A stretch of 63,735 nt of DNA, filler included, from Salisapilia sapeloensis CBS 127946 (GCA_023334545.1; 10 parts of 10 records of this genome joined end to end with filler, not necessarily neighbours in it); one strand, 5' to 3'; positions 47,018-59,714 are shown, counted from the first letter of the whole stretch. The notes: generated by a model not told the origin, from the letters alone. A program made the numbers and translations.

Positions 47018-48245
47018 GCTTGGCGACGGTGAGAAGCTGTGCGAATTAGGTGGGAGAGTGGGAATGCGAATGCGACGGAGATTGGCGTAGCTGCCGAGTT
47101 TGTGACAAACTACTGGTCCAGCGTGTCTGACTTGGTTTAAATATATGACCGAATCTGAACTTTCAAATGGCTACATATCAGGGGATCGGCTGGTGTTGTC
47201 TATGCATCGTGCATCTCCTGATACTCTTCGATTTCACTTTGGATCTCTTTACCTTCAGGGGGAATATGAAGGCTATCATGCATTGAGCAGAGATGCAAGT
47301 ACCCGTAGATCCTTAATAGAGAAGAAGAATCTCAGGTTACGAATTCATGTGATTTCTATATGCGTCTTATGCTAGTGCCAACGAATGAATTCGTCGCATG
47401 CGTGGTAGATGATACTGCATTGCCAAGAGTAAATTAAATGCCGAAACGGACAGAAATCAAACCATCTGCGACCTTTGACCTTTGAGATCCATTTACTTTT
47501 AAAATGAGTCACAGTTGCTGTTGCAAAGGTCAACAGAATATTCAGTGATGCTAGCCACGTCTACTTGCTTTTCTAAACATCTGTGATGACAGCATAGGCA
47601 GTGCCAGAGAGCCCTCATTGTCTACTAGATGATTTTTTACAAGTGCTTTCCATGATAATCTATTTAGGTCTCGGATCCACCTGATTTAAATCAAACTCTG
47701 CATCCCAGCGGAAAATGGCTCTAAAGTGGCCATCGCGCTGTAAGATCAAGTATCCGTCGGAGCACATACAAAATGCCATCGTGATACCGCCCCCTTTTTG
47801 CTGTGCAAATGGAAGTGTCCGTGGAGCTCTCCACGTCATTTAGAAACCCAGGATTTCCAACACGTTTTATACATCTAATATGAATTATTTTACAAAAAAT
47901 AGGTTTACGCTTTGTAAGAAACAAGCAACACAAATATCAATCAACAAAGCACGTAGCGAATAGACCTTCCTCTAGATAAACCCAAGAAATCATGACCATT
48001 GCTACTTGTCAGTACAATACAGTTTAACCTTTTAATCGAATACATGCTTCTTATCGACCTCGATGGCAAAAGGTAGCGTTGAAAACAGGATCATTGATGA
48101 CGCAATCAATCCAGATGTCATGACAAGACTTTCTATCCAATCCAATGAAGAGGTCTTCTCGTCCTCTAGAGAGGTATCCATCACGTCCTGATCATTTGAC
48201 GAAACAATGCTAACAAATATCACGGCGCTGCTGCGGAGCGACCGC

Positions 48246-49696
48246 ATGGCCGAAGCAGTCTACTTGCTCTTGACGCTATCGACTCTAAAGCTAATACAGA
48301 GGGCGAAAGACACGTCTATCAAACGAGAGGTACCTTCGTACTCCCAATACCAATGATAGCTCTTATTCATGTTTGGCAATGCTAGAATGCCGTCATGATG
48401 ATGACATCGCTACTACCGAGCGAACTGCCACATAAGATGATATCGATCCACGTTGCCGCTGTACTTTTTCTAATAAAATACAAACCCAACGTATTCCGTG
48501 GATGGCTTGGAGCTGGCACAGCAGTCGCGCAGCTCTTTGCTTTTCAAAAGCTATCGTCCATGTTTAAAGAGAACATGGCTGCCGTCCCATGCATCCAAGA
48601 CGGCATGGCTCGTGCCAATTACTCTGATGAAATCGTAAAGAGCATCGGAACGATGGACTGGAAACGCTGGCTGATGGTCGTTCTACCCGTGCCGCAGCCA
48701 ATAGTCTTATCTCTCAGCTTCCCAGGCGTCCTGTCCAAGCAAACGTACACGTATGCCTATGTCGGACCTTTTAAAACCAATGAGCTCCAGATGGATGTCT
48801 ACAAGCACAAGAACACACCGTCGAATGCTCCCATGCTCCTCTACATCCACGGCGGCGCATGGACTCTAGGCGACCGACGCTTCCCACCCTTCCCTCTCGT
48901 CTACCAGGTACTTTGATCAGCCATTCCTAATTATATGATCTAGATAATCAAGGTTATGCAGGCTGCTAGTCTCGGGTGGATCGTCTGCTCCATCGACTAT
49001 CGTCTATCCCCGAAAGCCAAGTTCCCGGAGCACCTCATCGACTGCAAACGAGCCCTCGCATTCCTCCGGACGCAAGGGAAGAGTCAACTAGACGGCGATG
49101 AAAACTTCATCGCCGTTGCAGGTGAATCTGCTGGTGGACACCTTGCCAGTCTGGTCGCTCTCACGTCTGAAGACAAGTCTTTCCAGCCAGGCTTTGAAGA
49201 CGTCGACACGAGCGTCCGTGGCTGCGTCGACGTGTACGGCGTGCATGACTTTTTAGATCGACACTCGCACTACTATTGTCGAGACAACTCGCCTGGTTTC
49301 CTACGATACCTCGAGTTACTGGTCATGCAGCGTCCGCAGACCGATCGAGACGCGTATGATGAAGCTTCTCCTCTCTCTTGGGTCGAAGAGGAACGCGCTT
49401 CGATTCGAAAGCGACCAATCCCGCCATTCCTCGTAGCGCATGGTACGCACGACACGATGGTTCCGTTCGATGACTCCAAGTCTTTCTACGAGACGCTGCA
49501 AGAGTACCGTCTCGAGCACGGATCGACTGTCGACATGTCCGACGTCTTCCTTGAACTCCCTGGTGCTTATCACATGTTCAATTTCACCGTCAGTCCTCGA
49601 GCACTTGCATTCGGTGATGCTGTCGGTGCATTCCTATCGTGTTTGTATCGTCAAGACGAAAGCTCTGTAGCCGACAACGTGCCGTCGAGACTCTAA
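48246..49696 (+). CDS. Alpha/beta hydrolase (HSL-type esterase); exons 48246-48329, 48386-48907, 48962-49696
   Basis: YIHGGAW, AGESAGGHL, HGTHD and GAYH catalytic motifs; GT-AG introns of 56 and 54 nt. Confidence 0.92.
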
Positions 49697-49822
49697 AAGA
49701 GACTAAGAGTGAATGAAAGAAAAAAGTCTATCGATTTGGTCTTCTTGTACGTCCATCCGATGCCACCTCTACGTACGTGGCGACGAGAGATGGTACCTTC
49801 AACGCACGTGGTTGTACTAATC

Positions 49823-50813
49823 CTACTTGTTTTGTTTTCGAAGCGTTGCACGATAGATGAAGAGTTCATCTGGATAATCGAAGCGAGCAAAGACACCACG
49901 ATGTTCCTTTCGCTGGACCATCTCGACGTCCATGCCTTGCTGTTTAAGTCCGTCAAGGAAAGCTTGCTCGATACTCGCGTCTCGTGTCTCAAAGGAAAAG
50001 AGGACGAGTGTGTCCGGACCGACGAACGACTGGACGGTGCTCAGGAGCAGCGGCACGGCGTCCCGATTGTACAAAACGTCGGAAAAGACCAGTATGTCGG
50101 TATTAGTACCCCATGTGACGAGACTGTCACGCAATGGCTCGCCCCATTGACACTCGGCTACCTTGGGCGCTGCTAGGTTCCGTAGCGAGACTTCACACTC
50201 AAAGTTTGCCGCCACATTCTTCCGGAGCAGCGGCAGCGCATACTCTTGGTCAGTTAGAATGACCTCGGCTCCCATCGCAGCCATTGCCATACCCACTACA
50301 TACAGCTACCATTAGATGATGCTCCTTTCGTGACTAGCAAGGATGGAAAGTACCTAGTCCGACGCCAGCACCGAGCTCTACGACTCGCTTGCCATGTACG
50401 TCTAGACCTTGCCTTCGAACATTGTACTGGATGTAGTCAGCCAGCACGAGTGCAGCGTCCCAGACGCAATGTCCGTGGGAAGGAAAGTCCCGTCGGCCTG
50501 TGCACACTTCACGGTCCTGGATAGCCGTCAAAGCAATCGGGGACTGGTTCACTTTGTCATCAATGACGTAGTTGAACGTATCCTCCTCGACTCGACCAAA
50601 GAGTGATTCTTCCTGCTGCTCCATCTTCTCGGCAGCGCTTTCCATAGCTGCATCGAGCCCCATCGAGCTCCCGAAGCTGGAATAACTCGATTGTGTCGAC
50701 GTCGAGCTCACCAGCTGGATGTCACTATTTCCCTGACCAGTGGGCACGTGCCTCCCTCCTCTCTGTATACTTGTCAAGTTCAAGGTCACTATTGGCAGGG
50801 TAAAATAGATCAT
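49823..50813 (-). CDS. Lysine methyltransferase (METTL21 / family 16-like); intron 50296-50353
   Basis: GHCVWDAALVLA, VVELGAGVGL|VGM, VILTDQ and LVFSDVLY. Confidence 0.9.
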
Positions 50814-52009
50814 GTCCGTTAAAGTATACACAAATAAATTGTTTATTCCTCACTTTATCTTCTTCCTACCTTTGCTCTCGGATATGCGTCGAAAGCAGCT
50901 TTTCAACCTTTATCACTCAGTCGGCATGGAAAAAGAGCTTGAGGGATTAAAGGCATGACCATGGCATTCATATCTCAACGGACATATCACGATTGACACA
51001 AGATGATATTGCATCATTCATCCAATTGTTACTTGTTGTGCTCTTGGCTCTGTCGACAAAACTCTTAATCAATCATCGTTAATTGGATACTTTGTGTGTG
51101 AAAGGTATGAACGGAACTGTGAAGGATGCGATCGAACGCAGCTCACGGTAACTCCAGTAACACTTGTTCGTCTGAAACTCGAACAAGCCATCGTCAAGGG
51201 TCACTTAGCCAACGTCATAACCAAACTGTTAGGACTTGGGCCATTTCTAACCGCATTGCTACTCGAAATGCGCCTGTCGGACCTAACGCACGCATGATAG
51301 GTCACTGTCGCAATAAGCCTTTCCATTAAGGTGTCTACAACAACACAATTTCACCCATTGCAATCAAACACCGACTTCCACAATACCTTGATCAAAGAAG
51401 AGCATGTAAACATGACAATCAAATCGAGAAAATCTTTTAAGCAATTGAAATGACAGTAGTTTTAATAGTTGTTGCATTCGAGGTTACTTCTGCTCCATCG
51501 CAATGTCACGATCGAAACATGCTCGCTCAACCATGTACTCTCCGAAACGCAGCTAAATTAAGATTCTTGCCAAGACTGCCTATCAAGAAGACAGTCATCA
51601 CCTACTTTTATGCGTGTGTTCTACAAGCATCCATGTGGAACATCACTATCTGAAAATTTGGAATCGTATCAGTATGAGTATTTAAGGCCGTGTACGTTGA
51701 AGAAATAATCGGGTAGCATGCAAGGCATTGAAAGCAACGAAAACAAACATGAATGAAATGTAACAGGAATCATTGCCTGAGTCTTTGGTGGCTCGTCCTA
51801 CTCTTATGTCTCTATATACTTTTCCGTTCCTATCCACATGTATCGTCCGTTCTTCTGTCATGTTTTGGCAGGGCCTAGTGTCGAGCGTATCGCCAAAGTC
51901 CTTCAGGTTGAAGCGTCATTCGATTTACTTGCGCTAGTGAGCTATTTGCCATTTCAGTAGGACGGGTACAGTGTGAGTCGCAAATATCGTTTACTTATTC
52001 CATCCACCA

Positions 52010-52109
52010 NNNNNNNNNNNNNNNNNNNNNNNNNNNNNNNNNNNNNNNNNNNNTTAATTAATTAANNNNNNNNNNNNNNNNNNNNNNNNNNNNNNNNNNN
52101 NNNNNNNNN
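52010..52109. other. Artificial contig spacer
   Basis: 44 N + TTAATTAATTAA + 44 N. Confidence 0.99.
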
Positions 52110-52110
52110 T

Positions 52111-53544
52111 CTATTCCGTCTTCTTGGCCTCCTCCGAGATGGCGCGGAGTCTCTCGACGAGCGGTGGGTGGCTGTAGTGGTAGGCGCTGTAGAGCGAGTC
52201 GGGGTTCATGTTGGACAGGTTCTCGATGGCCAGCTTGGTGAGACCGGTCTTGAGCGCCGGCGCGTGGCCGAGGCCGACCGAGAAGGCGTCGGCCTGGAAC
52301 TCGTTCTTGCGCGTGTTGAGCGTCATGAGGAACGACAGCAAGTGGTCCACCGGCGCCCAGACGCTCTCGAGAAACAGCAGCAAACCGACGATCACAGGCT
52401 TGCTCTCCGACTCGAAGCCGAAGCTCGCGAACAGCTCGCTGTCGTGCATGCACAGCCCGAAGACGAAGAAGAGCGCGAACTTGTACACCTCTTGGATGAC
52501 CATCATCTGGTAGATGTGTGCCTTCTTCCAGTGGCCCAGCTCGTGGCCCACGATCGCCTCGATCTCGTCCTCGTTCGCCTGCTTCAGGAGCGTGTCGAAT
52601 AGCACGATGCGTTTGTTCTTGAACAGGCCGAAGAAGTACGCGTTGCTGTGGCTCGACCGCTTCGACCCGTCCACCACGAAGAGCTGCGTCAGAGGGAACT
52701 CGAGTCGGGACGCCAGCGCCTCGATGCGGCTTCGGAGGGCGCCGGCCTCGAGCTCCGTGAACGTGTTGAAGAGAGGCATGATGACCACGGGGTACAGGAC
52801 GATCATCACGAGCGTGAACACAAACAGCAGCATCCACACGTACACGTAGAAGAGCTCTCCGCCCCACCTCACGAGGTAGATGAGCGCCGCCGTCAGAGGG
52901 TACCACAGCACCAGCGCCAAGGCAAACGACTTGACCAGGTCCGTGAAAAACAGCGTCAGCGTCTGGTTGTTGAAGCCGTGCCGAGCCTCGATGACAAAGG
53001 TCGAGTAGAGCGAGAACGGGAGCTTGACCAGCGAGTCGCGCACGAGCGACAGCGTGATGAGCACGAGCGACCGGTAGATCTCGTGCTCGGCGGCGTCCAG
53101 GCCAAAGTGCTCGAGGACGCGCCCGCTCACGGTCCACATGAACGGAAGGTACCCCAGCAGCAGCAGGCCCGTGCTCTCCAGCTGCGTGTACGCGCCCTGG
53201 ATGAAGCCAAAGGTGCTCTTGTCCAGTCCGTACTGCCGGCTCTTGTCGAACTTGGCCAGCGTGGCTTCCAGCAGGGACGGCTCTTCCTCCGCGCCATCGT
53301 CCGCGTCCGCGTCCGCATCGGGAGACTTGTACGACCCAAGCTCCTCCAGCGTCGCTCGGAGCGCAGGAGGGAACTCGTCGTCCTTGAGCTTCTGGTGCTG
53401 TCGAAAGTCCAGGTACGTCTCAAACACGTAGACGAGCGTGATGAAGACGAGCACGGCCTCCAGGTACGGGACGGAGCTGGGTCGCCACCCGTCCTCCTTG
53501 TAGTACGGCAGCAGGTGCTCCAGTCGGTCGAAGAGCTGATCCAT
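52111..53544 (-). CDS. STE24: CAAX prenyl protease 1 (M48 zinc metalloprotease), 477 aa
   Basis: GSKRSSHSNAYFFG...KRIVLFDTLL, HELGHW, NEFQAD and YHYSHPPLVERL. Confidence 0.97.
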   Translation of the reverse strand: MDQLFDRLEHLLPYYKEDGWRPSSVPYLEAVLVFITLVYVFETYLDFRQHQKLKDDEFPPALRATLEELGSYKSPDADADADDGAEEEPSLLEATLAKFDKSRQYGLDKSTFGFIQGAYTQLESTGLLLLGYLPFMWTVSGRVLEHFGLDAAEHEIYRSLVLITLSLVRDSLVKLPFSLYSTFVIEARHGFNNQTLTLFFTDLVKSFALALVLWYPLTAALIYLVRWGGELFYVYVWMLLFVFTLVMIVLYPVVIMPLFNTFTELEAGALRSRIEALASRLEFPLTQLFVVDGSKRSSHSNAYFFGLFKNKRIVLFDTLLKQANEDEIEAIVGHELGHWKKAHIYQMMVIQEVYKFALFFVFGLCMHDSELFASFGFESESKPVIVGLLLFLESVWAPVDHLLSFLMTLNTRKNEFQADAFSVGLGHAPALKTGLTKLAIENLSNMNPDSLYSAYHYSHPPLVERLRAISEEAKKTE

Positions 53545-54129
53545 GAGCTTTTGGTCGGCTCTTGTTCGGCCGGAAGTTTACCATAGATTGCGACTGGCTG
53601 GCGTAAACTACGCGCTTCAAGCCATCTTCAAGCGTCGCGAACAGCCGCTGGCCTCGGATCCGACCCAGGCGCCTTCCATGCCTTTCCCCGACGCACGACT
53701 ACTCTTCCCCGGGAACCATGGCTTCAAGGGAAGGCGGCCGGTGGTGAGGGCTCGGAAGAGAGAGAAGCATAGACTTCCGAACTGGGTCCATCTTGCCGCT
53801 CGCTTCTTTCCAGCCTGCGATGACCACCATCTTGACCTCCAAGTCACCTCGTTACCGTCAGACGTCGTTCCGTCGAAGCCATATCTAAACATCTTCTTCG
53901 GGCGCAAACTGGACACTTGTTCTGTACTTTTGCCGGTGGTCAGCCGTGTGACTTATATCATATAAGTCAAGTACGGTGCCGGCCGACCACTCCCGCTCCT
54001 CAGCCGCACGTCATCTTGCCGTTGCCAACTGATGGCCTCATCGGAGAGCGTGCGTCCCACGTCAGTCGCGCTCGCTGGATGTCATTATCCAACCTACTTG
54101 TGTCCAGCCACACGTTTCTTGCTCCCACC

Positions 54130-54897
54130 ATGGAGTATTCTCCGTCATGTCCCATTCCGGTCGGGGTGCCTCGAGAAGAGCACATGCAGTCCGTGCTGCC
54201 CACGCCAACGCACTCGACTCTCACGGACCGCCTGCGCGGCTTGCTCCGCCATTTCTTCCCGAATAGCCACTCGGCCAAGTCCGCGTCGACTGCCGGTCGT
54301 CGACCCGCCTCCAGTCGACTGTCCCACCTGCTCTTCTCTCGACTCAAGAGACCGAAGCGGTACTCGAGCACGTCCACTGGTCACCACACCGACGCATCCG
54401 ACAGTTCCGTCCCGACGCCCTATATGGTAGTCGACGACCTCTTCCAGCTCGACCTTCCTCCGTCGCCGCCCGGGAGTCCGACGCACATCGGCTCGAGCGC
54501 TGTCTGGAAGGAGAGGCTGGCGGAGTGGTCCGAGGAAGACCGACTGACGGAGCGACGGCTTTCGTGTACTGGCGTGTTCCGAGTGGAAGAGCTGGCAGGT
54601 CTGTCTCTCGAGTCGGAGGAACCCTCGGCAGTTCCATCCGAGCCGCTGCCGCAGCGGAGTGAAAACGAGTCCATCTGCTGGAGCGTAGACGCCAGCTCAT
54701 GCAGCAGTCATGACGTCGACGTCGACGTGCAATTCCGACAGGCATGCGGCCGCCCGAACCTTTCCCCAGAGGAAATCCAGCGGGAAGCCCAACAGCTCGC
54801 CAACGACACCAAGATCGTTCGCGAGATGCTTCTCGATCTCCTCCGACAGTCTGCCTCCCCTCGTTCGATGGACACAGAGGTGCGATATGAAAGATAA
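54130..54897 (+). CDS. Hypothetical low-complexity protein (~255 aa from MEYSP)
   Basis: 326-codon GC-rich ORF ending at the contig edge; no family recognised. Confidence 0.6.
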   Translation: MEYSPSCPIPVGVPREEHMQSVLPTPTHSTLTDRLRGLLRHFFPNSHSAKSASTAGRRPASSRLSHLLFSRLKRPKRYSSTSTGHHTDASDSSVPTPYMVVDDLFQLDLPPSPPGSPTHIGSSAVWKERLAEWSEEDRLTERRLSCTGVFRVEELAGLSLESEEPSAVPSEPLPQRSENESICWSVDASSCSSHDVDVDVQFRQACGRPNLSPEEIQREAQQLANDTKIVREMLLDLLRQSASPRSMDTEVRYER

Positions 54898-54997
54898 NNN
54901 NNNNNNNNNNNNNNNNNNNNNNNNNNNNNNNNNNNNNNNNNTTAATTAATTAANNNNNNNNNNNNNNNNNNNNNNNNNNNNNNNNNNNNNNNNNNNN
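54898..54997. other. Artificial contig spacer
   Basis: 44 N + TTAATTAATTAA + 44 N. Confidence 0.99.
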
Positions 54998-56285
54998 CTT
55001 CCTTCAAAATATTATCTCCAGTGCAATTTTCCGATCGACGGCTGACAACTCCTTGCGAGTCCTTACATTCCCGACTACTACAGACTCCTTCAAACAACGC
55101 GGCAGGCACTGCGATCTCGGACATGGGCTTTCCGCCTTCCGTTTGGACGCGCACAAGTTTCTTTTCGGTCGTAAAGATATAGCCACTATCCCACAGTAGA
55201 GCTCGTTGCAGTAGTCCGTGTAAATCACTAAACTTGACGTTTTGTTCATCAAGTCGATCTCTGATTTGCTTTGGAAGATCGTGTTCTTCTACACCAAGCT
55301 TGTCCACAACATCTCCTTGCATGTATCGATGAAAGTACTGCTTTGCAAAGTCAGAAGTTTCACCAGAGTACCTGTAATTCTTGTCGTCAAAATTTGACAA
55401 AGCATCTCCGACTGTGGGTGCTGATTCTGTTTTCGGAGCCCATAAAGGTAATTTCTTGCCACGATTTTTATCTTTAGCATCTTCCGCTACGCTTTGAAGC
55501 CACGCCTCAACTAGATCACCTGGTTCGGGAATACACCAGTCATCTCCATCGTCCGTTAAATTTTTAGGGACGCAAGGGATAATCATCGAGCTTTCGTAAT
55601 CTGCTGATGGACAGCTTCCCCACGTATGCTCTGGTATCACTGTATGAATAGCATTGATTTCCTGTCGTTTTCCATCTTGCTCCCAGACATGATACATCAT
55701 GTTAGGCAGAGTGTTAAAGCTATCATATCCACCTGTAGCCCACATGGATGAATTCTGGTGAGTCAATCCATTCTCAGCAGCACAACGAACTTTTTTTATC
55801 ATTTGTTCTCCTGTGCAATACTCCGACCGATAAACAAAATCGACTTTTTTACTCGGATCCCCACATTCTTGGGCCGTGCAACCAGTAGATTCATATTCGT
55901 CGAGCGATAAAGCGATAGAAGCCATGGTTTCCCCACACCTCGTGTACACTTGGGAATAACTGTCCAGGTCACTGTACATTGATACTAGTCCACAGTCCCA
56001 TAGGAAAGCATGCTGCAAGGGCGTACGAAGATCGTCAAACTTGAGCAAATGCTTTTGTAGGCGCTTGTCAGCGTGCTCTGTAAGCTCGCTTGCCTTGATA
56101 TTCGGCTTAGTGACACTTATGTCCTTCAGATAGAGATTATAGAAATGTTGGGCGAGGTCCGATGAGGTACCATCGAAGGAGAAATCTTCATCGACCGGGA
56201 TATCAATGGCTTTCGTTTCTTGGAAGGAAGTAACAGTGAGAGAGATCTGAATGAGAAACAATGTGACTAGATGCACCATCAGCAT
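54998..56285 (-). CDS. Secreted/ectodomain protein with two tandem Cys-containing domains, 3'-truncated (resembles oomycete TKL receptor ectodomains)
   Basis: Signal peptide; repeated core LQHAFLWDCG / LQRALLWDSG. No kinase or TM segment is visible before the gap. Confidence 0.75.
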
Positions 56286-57643
56286 TGTCTTCTCTCAACA
56301 CTTCACTAGTATCTCTGGTTTTGTAGGTAGAATACTCGGCTTGTAAGTAGATTTGGAAATGAACGCCATCGGTAGAAAGCGACTATTCACATTTTTCTTG
56401 CCAGTAGATTAGAGACAAGGGTACATTTGGTCAAAAGGGACCGTTGGAGCATGCGACTGCGAGAAAACTATGCAGACGAAACGGATGTACCCTGCTCTGG
56501 ATCCAGAGTGTCTCCAGTGGAAACCTACTGTACAAATATGGTTGTACAGTCGTTGAACTTGCAGGTCGACAGTGACGGTTTCCGTATCTTTTTTTACTCT
56601 ACCCACGTGCCACTACGGACTGTGAGGTGCGCGGATGCGAACGATGTGAAGGATGCTTTGGAAACCTGGAACATGCAACGCAAGCTTGAACCAGGAGCTA
56701 CAAGCGCGAAGCAGGAGGAAGCAGACAGAATAGGTAGAGACGTTTAAGCTTTTCAATTTCATTCTCACCTTTTCCTCTTGAGCAGCAAGTGGCTTTGCTT
56801 ACGATTGGTGACGACCAAGTCGATACGTAGACGGCTATCAACGGCTAAATCGAGTGGAATCTAGATCATACCCTATGCGAGTCAGTTGACATTAAAGAGG
56901 AAGATAGCTACAATCGAAGAACTGTGAGTGATTTTGTCGTTATCGCTGCAAATGTATGCGGAGCGAACTGTCCTCAAGCTTTCTCCCGCGCCGAAATGTT
57001 TCTGTTCCCAGAAGCTTAATCTTCGGCTATTTGCATTCACTTTTAGTTAGACCTAGGTAATGTTGCTGTTGCTCTTTGGGCATGGCCAGATTACCATACA
57101 TAATTTCATACATAACCTTCTTACTTTAACTAGGATCTTGAAGAGGCATGACAAGACCTTGAAGTGACGAGATAAGATCCTGGGCTTAGGGTTTAGGAGA
57201 GTCGACCGTTTGGCGTTGCACCATCAGAATTTTGTAAGAGTTGGCGACAAGGTCGAGGAGGTCGATCGGGAGTTTACAGTGGAAGAATCTTTTTTGTACG
57301 ATGCGTGTGTTATGTGCTAGAGACGAAATTGTATATCTCGAAATTGAACCGACAACTTTTTTTAGAAGTGGTACCAAACGATGCGCAATGGTCGACTTGG
57401 TGGGGCAAAACGTGTTCGTAATGCGTGAAAAGTTGTGCGTGGCGCGTTATATGAGCTTTTGTATAGTATACAAAGATCAAGTATAAATGTCAAGAGTCCT
57501 ATTTTTTGGATTGTGTATATGTTCCACTGGGCCACTGACTGCAAGTGTATATGTCTGAAAGAGGCTTGTAGGCACGTATGGTACAGCCATGGGTTGTGGA
57601 AAGACTATAGGTAGACTATTTGTTAAGTGATCTGACCCGATAG

Positions 57644-58100
57644 TGTAACGGGACACGGTTCTTCTCTATCTCCAGAGGAAGGAAAGATAGATATCCAAAC
57701 GGATCCTAAAAGGTATCTGAATCTTGGCGGCGAGGAGGAAGGCACTTGTGTAGTAGAAAGCAAATTGCAACTGAATTGGAAACGGTAGTAGAATCTACTC
57801 TTTCCCTGGTCTCGATTGGTATCCTCCTACAAATTGCTAAAGCTTCCTTAGACGCAAAGTGGAAGCTAAAGGAATAGAGCGGTAACTCTATTACAGGCGA
57901 GGGCAGTTGAGGGTAGGATCTGGGGCGCATGAGTTGTTGATGGCGAATTCGATTATGAGCTAATTGAGTCTGTTCTTAGGCAGGTCCACGGTAGACGACA
58001 AAGATCCTGATAGATATCCACAAAGGACTACAAGGATACAGAGATATCCATGAAAGACGACGTAGATACAGAGAGTGATCTAGTACCTTGCAGACGAACC
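57644..58100 (+). mobile_element. LTR-like sequence starting TGTAACGGG, cut by gap
   Basis: Same terminal nonamer type as families A and B; non-coding up to a contig break. Confidence 0.45.
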
Positions 58101-58200
58101 NNNNNNNNNNNNNNNNNNNNNNNNNNNNNNNNNNNNNNNNNNNNTTAATTAATTAANNNNNNNNNNNNNNNNNNNNNNNNNNNNNNNNNNNNNNNNNNNN
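58101..58200. other. Artificial contig spacer
   Basis: 44 N + TTAATTAATTAA + 44 N. Confidence 0.99.
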
Positions 58201-58355
58201 GCTTAGACTCTAGGGCTCGCATCCAAGGTCTCTGTTAGCAAGGACATCTGTCTCTAAGTCTCGCACTTTGAGCAAGATTCAAAGACACTTTGGATCCTCG
58301 CACAAAGGGTGCTACCACACACCCGGGTGGATAACGGCAAGAATCTCTACACATG
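58201..58355 (+). repeat. 155-bp inverted repeat (probable LTR end ...TCTCTACA + CATG), partner 60865-61019
   Basis: First 141 bp identical, one mismatch at 58342, then 13 more identical bases. Confidence 0.93.
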
Positions 58356-58549
58356 TATGCTCACCAGGTGATGAAACGTTCCGACAGCCACTCGTCTTTG
58401 AAGTAGGCTGTGAAGCTTGAGAGCTCCGATCACGAACTTTAGTCGTCTAGCATACGTTCTTTTGCGGATTTGAAATGACATTATCCTTCGCGAAGTGCAT
58501 ATCATGGACGTCTTCAAGCAGCAATATCGCCAGTGCAGGCCGCAGCCTG

Positions 58550-58790
58550 TGTCACGGGACTCGTACTACCCGTGTGTGGCTTACACGTGCGATAGGGGAA
58601 GCTTGATAAAACTAGAAGTGAGATGTATTTATACTTCGACTCTTCCTACTTACACATCCTTTCTGACTACAAGTACAGCGTATATCTTGCATCAGACGAT
58701 TAATAGGTCATCTAAACATGTACCAAAACAAAAAAAGTAACTAAAGAAAACAGCGACCTAGCCTAAAGTAACGGTTATGTACCCGTTGCA
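58550..58790 (+). mobile_element. ~240-bp solo-LTR-like element, family B copy 1
   Basis: TGTCACGGG...CCCGTTGCA; shares blocks GCTTACACG, ATAAAACTAGAAGTGAGA and TAGGTCATCTAA with 60283-60512. Confidence 0.7.
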
Positions 58791-58979
58791 GCCCAAGTGT
58801 CGTCTCGTATACCTTCTCCGTCACATGAAAGAAACACATAAATTACTCATACCTCTCATTGTGACCTAGAACACGCTGATACGCACTCCATTGCGCACAA
58901 TCGGCATCTAGATGCACTGAGCTTTCGTATCCTGGTAGCTGACACATATTGTCACTGAATGGAGCGTGTGAACCTTGTC

Positions 58980-59642
58980 CTACATACCCACGACCAGTAC
59001 CAGATTTTCCAATTTATATAATTTTAACGTGGTAGCCACATAAAACACAAAGCTACGACAGCCTTTTTCCGCGACGCGAAGTAGCGTCCTCGTCGTCACA
59101 CCTGCGATGAACGGATCGGCATCACTTCCTACGCCGACATGAGCTACGCCTTTGGCTGTGGTGTTCAGACTGAAGGTAAAAGGTTGCGTGTTCTGCTCAT
59201 TGTCATTGATAATATAATTCCGTATTAAAGCTTTTACTTCCGCTAGACCACCGTTTCCGTCTAAACGTGCCTTCACATAGTGCTACGTGAAGCACTGCAA
59301 TTTTTTTTAAATAGGTAGCGCTTCATTCGATAAAATAAACCGATACAAAATTGCATTTCGGATGCGGGTTGGCTTGAGGCCTTGTGGCGTCATTTCTTTC
59401 GCCAAATTCTTCATAGCGGAGGTCAAGCGTGGTTTTGTCGATAATTTGAGAAACGTCATATGCATAGCTCCTTCCGGGATGCGAACAAAGTTTAGCATCT
59501 GACTGATTTCATTATTTGCACGATATGAGCAAGGTGCTTTGCAGAAAAACGTATTTGCAGACCGTCGATTTACAGGCAAGTGTTTGCCTGCGCATGTTGT
59601 GGGGTGTAGGTGTCGCACACACAGTGCATGACATGAGATCAC
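58980..59642 (-). mobile_element. Decayed oomycete MULE-like transposase
   Basis: GVGSDADPFIAGVTTRTLLR...FVFYVATTLKL...LVLVVGM and KPRLTSAMKNLAKEMTPQGLKPTRIRN, broken by stops and frameshifts. Confidence 0.7.
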
Positions 59643-59714
59643 TTATAATGACAGTATGTGATTGATGTGACTCGAGTAGTACTGTAGCATGTTCAACGGA
59701 AAGCCATGGAGTCG

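Noticed and set aside
52058-53620. 359-aa and 312-aa ORFs overlapping STE24
   Set aside because: Expected when GC3 is very high; Arg/Ala/Gly-rich and motif-free.
57185-57197. TTAGGGTTTAGG telomere-like sequence
   Set aside because: Only two units; chance-level.
56400-57600. Stop-riddled protein-like fragments
   Set aside because: Could be decayed TE, but no diagnostic motif was found.
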